32,000 bases of DNA, from positions 31,284 through 63,283 of the forward strand of contig JAZDEL010000008.1 of NCBI GenBank assembly GCA_043808785.1. The letters are read 5' to 3'. Below the pieces are notes generated by a model. It made no database searches. It saw only the letters and a list, made by a program, of their open reading frames with translations, and was not told the origin of the DNA. Source of the stretch: Candidatus Iainarchaeum sp. (GTDB taxonomy: Archaea; Iainarchaeota; Iainarchaeia; Iainarchaeales; JAZDEL01). The position numbers and the translations under genes are program-made. Shown here in pieces: positions 1-6,894 of the stretch (position 1 is its first letter; each line of letters starts with the position of its first letter).

Positions 1-449
1 TCCGCTCTCGCTCCCCTCACAAGTTTCCTGGCTTTTTCAATGTCGCGGCTTTTCTTAGCTTCATCCAGTTCTCGCCTAAATGCGGCGGGCAAATTGCTGA
101 AATCGATATCCCGCGAATTAAATTTCTCCAGGAATTTTTTGCCGTCGCCGACAAGAAACCGTTCGACATTCCCAACATCCCGCAGTACCCTTAAACAACT
201 TCCCCCCCCCGGCGCCCCTAGTTTCAGCTCCCGCGCTCGCTGTCTTAATTCACCCAGCTCTTCATTGCCGCCGTAATAAGGGTGGTGCCCGTAGTCAGGC
301 ACGTCATGCTCGGGAAACTTGTCAGCGGGAAATGCGGCACTGAAGCGCGATTCGCGGTTTTCTGAAAAGGGGTAATCCGCGCCTTTCCCGCCGCCTCTTT
401 CCTTTCTGTCGGTTTTTTTCGGCTTGCACCGTTTCGGGAGCCAGGGCAT
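1..449 (-). CDS. hypothetical protein, partial (C-terminus lies beyond the left window edge)
   Basis: Absent from the ORF track because no stop is reached. From the ATG (complement of 447-449) the minus strand reads MPWLPKRCKPKKTDRKERGGGKGADYPFSENRESRFSAAFPADKFPEHDVPDYGHHPYYGGNEELGELRQRARELKLGAPGGGSCLRVLRDVGNVERFLVGDGKKFLEKFNSRDIDFSNLPAAFRRELDEAKKSRDIEKARKLV... and stays open to position 1. A TATA-like tatttatat (484-492) lies 35-43 nt upstream. No family recognised. Track ORFs 40..276(+), 245..466(-) and 322..660(-) look like out-of-frame shadows. Confidence 0.5.
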   Translation of the reverse strand, partial: MPWLPKRCKPKKTDRKERGGGKGADYPFSENRESRFSAAFPADKFPEHDVPDYGHHPYYGGNEELGELRQRARELKLGAPGGGSCLRVLRDVGNVERFLVGDGKKFLEKFNSRDIDFSNLPAAFRRELDEAKKSRDIEKARKLVRGARA

Positions 450-495
450 TGGAACACCAGTAACAAAATAAAAGGGCGCCGCTGTATTTATATGT

Positions 496-1137
496 TTGGT
501 TTGCATGGCAAAAAACGGCTTCGCTTTGGAGGAGGGCGAACTCCTTGTACGCGCCGCGCGCAGGAGCATCGAGTATGCAATGGCTTCCGGCAGGGTTATG
601 CGAGAGAGCGCACCGAAAAGCGCGTTCACTGAGGAGCGCGGCGTGTTCGTAACTCTGCACACTTTTCCCGCGCGGGAGCTGAGGGGATGCATAGGATACC
701 CCGAACCCGTGAGGCCGCTGTGGAATGCCGTGTTAGAGTGCGCGGTGAACGCCGCATTTAACGACCCTCGGTTTCCGCAATTGCGTGCGGGGGAAATGGA
801 CAATGTTGTTGTCGAGGTGAGCGTCCTTACGCGGCCCGAACCTGTCGTGCTTGACGACGAAACGAAACCTGAGCAATACCTGAAAAAAATAAATGTGGGG
901 AGGGACGGGTTGATTGCGGAGCGCGGGGCAAAAAGGGGCTTGCTGCTTCCCCAGGTTGCACCCGAGCGGGGCTGGAAGGAGGGGGAATTCCTTTCGCAAA
1001 CCTGCAGGAAGGCGGGGTTAAGTACGGAGGCGTGGAAAGAGAAGGGGACTAAAATTTACAGTTTTCAGGCGCAGGTTTTTGGGGAAACAAAGCCGAAAGG
1101 GAAAGTTGTTGAGGGCGAACAGGGGAAGGTTTGCTAA
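496..1137 (+). CDS. AMMECR1 domain protein
   Basis: Contains the hallmark LRGCIGYPEP motif and RGLLLPQVA, and 213 aa is a typical stand-alone size. An alternative ATG lies at 505. A-rich TATA-like aaaataaaa sits at 466-474. Confidence 0.9.
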   Translation: MVCMAKNGFALEEGELLVRAARRSIEYAMASGRVMRESAPKSAFTEERGVFVTLHTFPARELRGCIGYPEPVRPLWNAVLECAVNAAFNDPRFPQLRAGEMDNVVVEVSVLTRPEPVVLDDETKPEQYLKKINVGRDGLIAERGAKRGLLLPQVAPERGWKEGEFLSQTCRKAGLSTEAWKEKGTKIYSFQAQVFGETKPKGKVVEGEQGKVC

Positions 1138-1218
1138 GCGGGCGCAAGGAATGTTTTGAGGGCGAACAGGGGGAAAGGCTGCTGAGCCGGCAAAATAGCC
1201 CGGGCTGCAGGAGAAAAA

Positions 1219-1332
1219 TCATTCATCATACCCCAGGGGCAGGTCGACGAAATACTGCGTGCCGTTTACTGTGATGGGCGCTCTCTTTTTTTTAGGCTTG
1301 ACCTCCCTGGAAATATCAACATATTTAGGCAT
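1219..1332 (-). CDS. small ORF, 37 aa (MPKYVDISREVKPKKKRAPITVNGTQYFVDLPLGYDE), hypothetical
   Basis: Below the ORF-track size cut-off. ATG is the complement of 1330-1332 and the stop is the complement of 1219-1221. A TATA-like gtatatttatg (complement of 1352-1362) is centred about 25 nt upstream, the same geometry as other leaderless genes here. No family recognised. Confidence 0.3.
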   Translation of the reverse strand: MPKYVDISREVKPKKKRAPITVNGTQYFVDLPLGYDE

Positions 1333-1584
1333 ATATAGCTAACGCAGTCAACATAAATATACTTTTTTGCGTTTTTTTGAAACAAAAATAGCAATTTTTT
1401 TTATTTAATGTGTATTCTGTTTATTTATTCATTGCAAAATAAAACACTGAATAACGTTTGTATTCTTATTCAATTATTTTTTTATTACAAATGCGCAAAA
1501 TGGGCGATATATTTAAGTATTTGTTTACTCATAATCAATTAAAATAAACGAGAATGAACATTCACCCTTAGGGGGCAGTTTGGA

Positions 1585-2028
1585 ATGGAACTTGACGGCA
1601 CAAACCGCGAGATACTGAATGTCATAACCGAAAACGCGCGCCTCTCGCTCAGGCAGATTGCAAAGAAAACCGGGTTCTCCCCCGCCACAGTAATGAAACG
1701 CATGAAGAGCCTTGAGGATGGGGGTGCGATTAAGCGCTACACAGTAATGCTCGACTACGACAAGCTCGGCTATGAGTTCGGGGTAATAACAAGCATCCAT
1801 ATTTCCGGGGGGAAAAGCCTTGAGCTGGAGAAGGAAGTGGCAAAGGAAGTGGGGGTTATCGGGGTTTACGGAATAACAGGCGCGGATGACTTGCTTGTTA
1901 TTTCGCGCTTCAACAGCAGGCGCGCCGTGGACAACTTCCTGAAGCGCGTCAGGGAGTTTGATTTTGTCGAGCACTCGCAGAGTTCGCTCATACTGCGCGC
2001 TGCAGTGGAAAAACCCCTGCAGTTCTGA
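1585..2028 (+). CDS. Lrp/AsnC family transcriptional regulator
   Basis: N-terminal HTH (LDGTNREILNVITENARLSLRQIAKKTGFSPATVMKRMKSLEDGGAIKRY) followed by a RAM/AsnC_trans_reg-like C-terminal half. It follows a roughly 250-nt AT-rich region (1320-1580) with several TATA-like boxes. Confidence 0.9.
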   Translation: MELDGTNREILNVITENARLSLRQIAKKTGFSPATVMKRMKSLEDGGAIKRYTVMLDYDKLGYEFGVITSIHISGGKSLELEKEVAKEVGVIGVYGITGADDLLVISRFNSRRAVDNFLKRVREFDFVEHSQSSLILRAAVEKPLQF

Positions 2029-2105
2029 GCGCACGGTAAGTGCGCCCCTAAAGGGCGGGCGTTTCCGCCCCCTTCCCGCGCCATGGCCGACAATGCATAA
2101 TTCGC

Positions 2106-2396
2106 CTAACCCGGAAGTTCGCACGTTTCCGCGTCGATGCCCAATTTGTTCATGCACGCGTAATAGGAATCGGCCTTTGTGTTCAGCGCGGAGTACTGTT
2201 CGCCCAGCGAGTTGTAATCGGAACTTGCCTTGTGCAGTGCTGCGGCATCAAGGAAGTTTGATGTAAGGTACCAGCCTGCGAGGATGCCCGCGATGAAAAT
2301 TACGATAAGGATTATGTTCTGCGGACTCGAAATGTTGGGGAGCAGCCCTTTTTTCCTTCTTCTCCCGCGGCCTGAATCTTCCTCTTCGTCGGACAT
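2106..2396 (-). CDS. small single-pass membrane protein, hypothetical
   Basis: Charged N-terminus (MSDEEEDSGRGRRRKKG), one hydrophobic helix (IILIVIFIAGILAGWYL), and a short C-terminal domain with 2 Cys. Co-directional with taw1. Confidence 0.5.
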   Translation of the reverse strand: MSDEEEDSGRGRRRKKGLLPNISSPQNIILIVIFIAGILAGWYLTSNFLDAAALHKASSDYNSLGEQYSALNTKADSYYACMNKLGIDAETCELPG

Positions 2397-2410
2397 TTAA
2401 ACCAGCCCTG

Positions 2411-2447
2411 CAAACAAAAAAATCACAAAAACCCGAAAACGGGTTTT
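2411..2447 (-). terminator. hairpin plus oligo-T terminator downstream of taw1
   Basis: On the minus strand, stem aaaacccg/cgggtttt (2428-2447) is followed by tgtgatttttttgtttg. It lies directly 3' of the taw1 stop at 2460. Confidence 0.5.
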
Positions 2448-2459
2448 GGTTTTTGTTCT

Positions 2460-3419
2460 TTATTTTTCCGCTCCGCAGCCCGGAATTACCATCGGGGTTT
2501 TGCCGTTCCACAGCATTGCAACCCTTGAATCCGCGCTCTGTGCGGCAAGAGAATAACCGCGCAGGTGCTTATTAACCTTTTCTGCGAAAACGAGAATCTC
2601 GGCATGCGAGGGCATATTTGATTCCTCGAGGCGCTTCCTGCTGAGTCCGAGGAACATGTAGGCTTTTGCCTCTATGAACGATGGCTGTGCTGGCTGCAGG
2701 AGTTCGGCATACTGTTCGGCCTCAAGCATGTTCATGCCCTTAACCAAAGTCATGCGCACAACCGAGCGGTTGAATTTTTTCACGAGGGAGAGGGATTTCA
2801 TTATTTTTTCCCACGAGCCTTCGGTAAGCGGCCTGCAAGAGCGCGCGAAAACTTTCTCGTTCGGCGCGGGAAGGGTAAGGTAAAATTGTGTGGGCTGCGC
2901 GTTTTGCTTCAGGATTTTTTTCAGCATCTCGGGCTGCGTGCCGTTCGTCACCAAAAAGGTTTTCATTCCGCGCGAATGGATTTCTGAAATCAGTTCAGGC
3001 AGGAGGGGGTAAAGCGTTGGCTCGCCAATAAGGCTTATTGCGAAGTGCAGCGGTTTTGCAGCCTCGGCAAGCTTGCGCCTGTCGACATTTTCATACCCTC
3101 CGAAGCCGCTGAGGAGTTTTTTCTGTGCTGCAAGGCAGCCGTCGACGATTGCCGCAGGCGAATCGGCTTCCCCCTTCCATTCCGCCTCCGTGAACTCGAC
3201 ATTGCGCCAGCACCAGAGGCAGCGCAGGTTGCAGGAGATTAAGGCAGGGGTCATCTGCACGCACCTGTGGGAGCGGATGCCGTAGAATTTTTCCTTGTAG
3301 CACACGCCCGAGCCGCGCAGGGATTTCCTTAACCAGGCGCAGGTTTTTACTGCGGAGTGGCTCCCCACGACGGCGTAATGCTGGCGTGCCAGAACCGAGA
3401 GGTAATTATCGGAAAGCAT
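2460..3419 (-). CDS. taw1: tRNA 4-demethylwyosine synthase (radical SAM, Taw1/TYW1)
   Basis: Shows HSAVKTCAWLRKSL...CYKEKFYGIRSHRCVQMTPALISCNLRCLWCWR (radical SAM CxxxCxxC plus the upstream Cys cluster typical of TYW1/Taw1). Start moved from the track TTG (3458) to ATG 3419, because ttttttata (complement of 3441-3450) inside the extension is a TATA box about 27 nt upstream of that ATG. Confidence 0.9.
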   Translation of the reverse strand: MLSDNYLSVLARQHYAVVGSHSAVKTCAWLRKSLRGSGVCYKEKFYGIRSHRCVQMTPALISCNLRCLWCWRNVEFTEAEWKGEADSPAAIVDGCLAAQKKLLSGFGGYENVDRRKLAEAAKPLHFAISLIGEPTLYPLLPELISEIHSRGMKTFLVTNGTQPEMLKKILKQNAQPTQFYLTLPAPNEKVFARSCRPLTEGSWEKIMKSLSLVKKFNRSVVRMTLVKGMNMLEAEQYAELLQPAQPSFIEAKAYMFLGLSRKRLEESNMPSHAEILVFAEKVNKHLRGYSLAAQSADSRVAMLWNGKTPMVIPGCGAEK

Positions 3420-3466
3420 GAATATGAGGGAGTGGGAACTTATAAAAAACTGTTGCAAAACGCGGC

Positions 3467-3538
3467 AAAAAAATAAAAAACCGCGCTATTCGGGCGCGAG
3501 CCCGAATGCGCCCATTTGGCAGGAGCCAAATAGGGCGG
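3467..3538 (-). ncRNA. candidate small structured RNA (double-hairpin element, copy A, with its own TATA and oligo-T tract)
   Basis: Minus-strand TATA ccatttaaaa (complement of 3557-3566) is centred about 24 nt upstream of the element. Two bulged 11-12 bp hairpins occupy 3483-3538, followed by ggttttttatttttttgcc (complement of 3464-3482). A second copy at 5313-5370 keeps the stems despite a swapped hairpin order. Confidence 0.3.
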
Positions 3539-3715
3539 TTTTCGGGTTTTGTGCGGTTTTAAATGGTTCTTTCCGAAGTTTTGTGTGTTATGTAGAGGGG
3601 TGTTTTTTTGCGGGAATTAAGGGGGAATTTAAAAACCCCCAAAAAACGATTATGTAGCGTGCGAAGAACGCAAGATTTATATACAGGTTCACCGTTTATA
3701 GATAAGTGATTTTTC

Positions 3716-3985
3716 ATGTACAAATACACAATTGCAAGGCAGTTAGCAACAAAGCGCGTCATCACAAACAGGGGTGACGAAATAGGGAAACTCACAGACC
3801 TGCTCGTTGCGGAGAATAACGGGGATATAGAATACCTGCTTGTTGAAGTGGACAGGGACAGCAAACTGGCCAGGACCACGGCACTCAAGGAGCGCACAAT
3901 CAAGATCCCTTATTCTGCCGTAACTGCGGTAAGCGATGTTTTCATTGTGGATGAAAGGGAGCTAAGTTCGGTTAGTGCGGAATAA
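3716..3985 (+). CDS. PRC-barrel domain protein
   Basis: 89 aa with a pattern (VITNRGDEIGKLTDLLVAENNGDIEYLLVEV...IKIPYSAVTAV) typical of archaeal stand-alone PRC barrels. TATA atttatata at 3675-3683. Confidence 0.75.
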   Translation: MYKYTIARQLATKRVITNRGDEIGKLTDLLVAENNGDIEYLLVEVDRDSKLARTTALKERTIKIPYSAVTAVSDVFIVDERELSSVSAE

Positions 3986-4161
3986 GCCCTTGGTTGGGGT
4001 TTAGTTTTTTAGGGGTGGCTCCCTTTTTATCCAAGCCGTGCTTTGGTTGCGCGACTTTCTGTTTGTTATGTAATTCCGTTTCTTTGGGAAGGCTGCGCCT
4101 GGGCAGTGCCCTTTGCTTTTTTCGCCTTTTGCCTTAACGCGCCAATGCTTTGCCGGTTGCG

Positions 4162-5433
4162 CTAGGGAAGCTCAGCAACCAGTTCCTTGCGCTTGCTGTC
4201 ATAGGAGAGAAGGAGTTTTGCCGCCTTGTTGCCTTTTGCAGCCTCGGAACGTATCTTATACATAATTTCTTTTTCGGGAATTTTCTTCTTCTCTGCCGAG
4301 GAAATTGCATTCACCAGTTCCTGTAACTCGGTGAAATGTGAGTAAATGAGTTCCCCTGCGCGCTTGTTTTCCGCTTCCCTGCTTTCAAGCATTGCCTTTG
4401 CCTCGCGCTGCTGTGAGAGATAATGCCCGACTTTTTTGCGCCCGCTGTCCTCCACAGCGGCTTCTTCAGTGCTTTCCTGCGCAAGGTGAGAGGAGGAAAA
4501 AATCTCGTCAATAGCGTCGTTCAGTGTGCCAAGCTCGCGTGCCCCTGAAGGTATGGATTGCAAACCGAAAGGGAGCAGCGTGTTTTGGAAAAGCACTGTG
4601 TTTTTGTTTGGGGGTTCATGCGCCGAGTAGAGCCTAGTTATGTGTGCGTGCAACTGTGAAATTTCGGCACGCGTGAGGTTTTTGGCAGGGGTCTGCTTGC
4701 CAATCCCTGCAAGGTGCAGGGCTTCCTCGGCGAAAAGAGGCGCTATGTTGATGTTTTTCACGAGGGTTCGCACAGCGTCCGCGGAGCCCTGCGCGAAGAT
4801 TTTTTGCAGTTCCTCCGCGCTAACTTTCGCGGGGTCAAGGCCGCGCGCGGGAGGGAACTTATATGCTTCCCCCTTCAGCACCTTCCTGTCCTTCCACTCC
4901 CGCCTGTGCAGGGGCTGCATAATAATTCCTTTGCCATCAAGCAGCACAATGTTGAAATCCGCAAGGAATTCAACAACCAGCGAATTGCCGTGGCTGAATT
5001 TCAGCACAACTAACCTGTCGGATTCGTGCTGTTCAACAGAGAGGATTTTCTTGTTCTTCAGGTGCTTGTTCAGGAACGCGCCGAACCCTGCGGCATTTTG
5101 TTTTGCGGGGATTTTGTAATTTGTGAAATAGATGGATTGCGGGCAAATGATGAAATCCTTGCTGCCTACTCTCGTGCGCATCTTGAATTTGTAAATTTCC
5201 CTCTCCACTTCCTGCACGCGGTTGATGAACGCGTTCTCGAGCAGGGGGCGCAACTCAAGCAAGAGATGGCGGAGCGTGAGGTTGGTTAACTGAATTTCTT
5301 CCGCGCGCGGGTGCGCTATTTTGGCTCTTGCCAAAATGCGCCCATTCGGGCATGTGCCCGAATAGGGCGGGGCTTTGTTGGCTGCGTGCGCCTGGTTTTT
5401 GCCTGCGCGCGCCGGGGTTTTGGCTGAAGGCAT
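4162..5433 (-). CDS. NFACT-N (FbpA/Rqc2-like) protein, short form lacking an NFACT-R/DUF814 region
   Basis: LTNLTLRHLLLELRPLLENAFINRVQEV...FIICPQSIYFTNYKIP...AGFGAFLNKHLKNKKILSVEQHESDRLVVLKF matches the NFACT N-terminal domain, followed by an HhH-like segment and a coiled coil. The start is uncertain: the first ~45 codons overlap repeat copy B and look non-native. TATA aaatatttaaac at 5455-5466 supports transcription starting near 5433. Confidence 0.8.
   Translation of the reverse strand: MPSAKTPARAGKNQAHAANKAPPYSGTCPNGRILARAKIAHPRAEEIQLTNLTLRHLLLELRPLLENAFINRVQEVEREIYKFKMRTRVGSKDFIICPQSIYFTNYKIPAKQNAAGFGAFLNKHLKNKKILSVEQHESDRLVVLKFSHGNSLVVEFLADFNIVLLDGKGIIMQPLHRREWKDRKVLKGEAYKFPPARGLDPAKVSAEELQKIFAQGSADAVRTLVKNINIAPLFAEEALHLAGIGKQTPAKNLTRAEISQLHAHITRLYSAHEPPNKNTVLFQNTLLPFGLQSIPSGARELGTLNDAIDEIFSSSHLAQESTEEAAVEDSGRKKVGHYLSQQREAKAMLESREAENKRAGELIYSHFTELQELVNAISSAEKKKIPEKEIMYKIRSEAAKGNKAAKLLLSYDSKRKELVAELP
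5313..5370 (-). repeat. double-hairpin element, copy B (inside the 5' region of the NFACT gene)
   Basis: gcgctattttggctcttgccaaaatgcgcccattcgggcatgtgcccgaatagggcgg compared with copy A gcgctattcgggcgcgagcccgaatgcgcccatttggcaggagccaaatagggcgg. Flanks and linker (gcgctatt / aatgcgcccatt / aatagggcgg) are identical. The two hairpins (ttggc/gccaa and cgggc/gcccg) have exchanged positions. Confidence 0.6.
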
Positions 5434-5486
5434 GAGGATTAATTAGATGCAGGAAATATTTAAACAGTGCCTAACAAGATTACTTA

Positions 5487-5771
5487 CTAGTAATTTTCCC
5501 ACCAAGGGCGCGGCTCGTCGGGCTTTTTGGTTTCTTTGGGAATACGTTCTTTGGGAATACGTTTAGTTGGCAAAACACCAGCTTTTGGCGTTTGACCCTT
5601 CCTACTTGCTTTTTCAAGGCGCACTCTGTGCGCATCTCTCAGCCAAGGCGGGTTGAACTTTTCGCCTTTTGGTTTTTTCTTAAAAACCCTCCAAGGCTTA
5701 TTTTTGCTAGCTGGAGGTTGCGGGGCAACATTTGTTGCCGTTTTGCGCCTTTTAAAAAAGTTGAACGGCAT
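5487..5771 (-). CDS. small highly basic protein, hypothetical
   Basis: MPFNFFKRRKT...KPWRVFKKKPKGEKFNPPWLRDAHR...RIPKERIPKE...PRPWWENY. Start set at the ATG (5771) rather than the track start (5786). TATA ggttatatatg (complement of 5803-5814) lies about 35 nt upstream. No family recognised. Confidence 0.5.
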   Translation of the reverse strand: MPFNFFKRRKTATNVAPQPPASKNKPWRVFKKKPKGEKFNPPWLRDAHRVRLEKASRKGQTPKAGVLPTKRIPKERIPKETKKPDEPRPWWENY

Positions 5772-5830
5772 AAGAACAACCCGCAATCAATATTGTGCGA
5801 GGGCATATATAACCTTTGTGGTGCGGTTCG

Positions 5831-5934
5831 CTTTGTAGAAATCCTCAAAACCAAAAAAACAAACCGCCGCAAACCAGCGGTTTGACAGGTTTTGCGAACC
5901 CGATTTTTGGGGTTTATAAAGGATTTCTACAGAG
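5831..5934. repeat. nested imperfect palindrome (~100 nt) in a divergent intergenic region
   Basis: Outer arms tgtagaaatcct (5834-5845) and aggatttctaca (5920-5931) are a perfect 12 nt match, or 15 nt with 1 mismatch. Middle arms are ccaaaaa/tttttgg. The inner hairpin is caaaccgc (5860-5867) / gcggtttg (5877-5884). Confidence 0.6.
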
Positions 5935-6029
5935 CCGGTGCGGTTTTGAGTGCCCGCATCATAACTGAGGGGGCCAGTGCACGGGAATATTTAAATACAG
6001 CCGCGGCGTTGTTCTTTTGGGGCTTTGGA

Positions 6030-6647
6030 ATGGTTGTCCGGAGCGGGGGAAGTTTTACAAGCAGGAAAGTTAGAACACGCTTCGAGCCCCCTGAAGTGCT
6101 CAAGGTAAAAAAAGGCGGCCTCGGCGGGTATTCGCACATCAGTGACGAGTACAAGATTACAAAAGAGGGGTTCAGAAAACATGCGCAAGAATTCCTGGAA
6201 AAAATACGGAACTACAAGGATTACAAGACGAATGCGATAGGGCTCCCAGTATGTGACACTGACCTTCATGGAATCTGGATGGATTTTTTTAGCAAAGTCA
6301 TGAATTCGGCCAGCCTGAATGTATTGGATACTAAATTAATCTATCTGAATTTGCTCAGATATAAAATAGTTACGAAAGAAGAACTTGTCAAACTGCACAA
6401 GTCATATATCCTTGCCAAGTTTACCTCCCCAGAGTCCGAGCTAAAGAGAGAGGCTGGCCTTGAATTTCAGCTCCGAGAGGAGTTGAAAAAACCGCACTAC
6501 CTGCGGAACACGGAGACAATTCTAAAAACCCACCCAAAAATGGTGGCATTAAATGACCCGGCGGCTGACCTAAAGAGAATATTGGACTACCATCCAATAA
6601 CTTGGATGAGCCCCAAAATCAAGAAAGAAACAAGCAGGCGAAGATGA
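6030..6647 (+). CDS. hypothetical protein (orphan, visibly AT-richer than its neighbours)
   Basis: The track ORF starts at TTG 5892, but aatatttaaata (5986-5998) inside that extension is a TATA box about 35 nt upstream of the in-frame ATG 6030 (MVVRSGGSF...). No family recognised. Confidence 0.6.
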   Translation: MVVRSGGSFTSRKVRTRFEPPEVLKVKKGGLGGYSHISDEYKITKEGFRKHAQEFLEKIRNYKDYKTNAIGLPVCDTDLHGIWMDFFSKVMNSASLNVLDTKLIYLNLLRYKIVTKEELVKLHKSYILAKFTSPESELKREAGLEFQLREELKKPHYLRNTETILKTHPKMVALNDPAADLKRILDYHPITWMSPKIKKETSRRR

Positions 6648-6843
6648 CGAAAAATGCCGCACCTTCACCTCGCTAGCGCCTTCTGCATCTGGCGCCCGCT
6701 TTCGCGCGCCGCGCGCAGCGTTTTCTTCGCAAGGCCGTCGTAAACAGAAACAAGAGCAAGGACTTCGGGATTTTCGAGGGTGGCGATAAGTTTTAATCAT
6801 TTTCGTCAATTGTCTTAATTATTGGTTAACCAAAAAACATAAT

Positions 6844-6868
6844 AAAACATAACATTTAATTATGTTTT
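6844..6868. promoter_or_regulatory. perfect 9-nt inverted repeat, candidate operator of the RHH-RelE module
   Basis: aaaacataa (6844-6852) and ttatgtttt (6860-6868) lie in the AT-rich region 27-51 nt upstream of ATG 6895. A second palindrome, ttggttaaccaa, sits at 6822-6833. Confidence 0.4.
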
Positions 6869-6894
6869 GTTACATGAATCTGCGGGGGGTTTGA

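Noticed and set aside
202-210. C9 homopolymer (G9 on the coding strand) as a possible frameshift or phase-variation site in the partial left-edge gene.
   Set aside because: The minus-strand frame stays open and protein-like on both sides (…KLGAPGGGSCLRVL…), so no frameshift needs to be invoked. The same holds for the C8 run at 25673-25680 and the G7-G8 runs in 27340-27390.
40-660. Track ORFs 40..276(+), 245..466(-) and 322..660(-).
   Set aside because: A longer, more protein-like minus-strand frame (449 down to position 1, open at the window edge) explains this region. 322..660(-) also overlaps the AMMECR1 gene start.
5892-6029. TTG-initiated 46-codon extension of the orphan gene.
   Set aside because: It contains the gene's own TATA box (5986-5998) and part of the nested palindrome. 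ATG 6030 fits the promoter spacing.
6665-6796. Protein-like minus-strand frame (LKLIATLENPEVLALVSVYDGLAKKTLRAARESGRQMQKALAR*) that could be a small gene or a gene remnant.
   Set aside because: There is no ATG, GTG or TTG in frame after the upstream stop, except an ATG 7 codons before the end. It cannot be told apart from chance without comparative data, though it might be a pseudogene fragment.
6570-6809. 79-aa minus-strand ORF downstream of the orphan gene.
   Set aside because: It overlaps the 3' end of the 6030..6647 gene, its translation is Cys/Arg/Ser-rich and low-complexity, and no promoter or RBS is visible.
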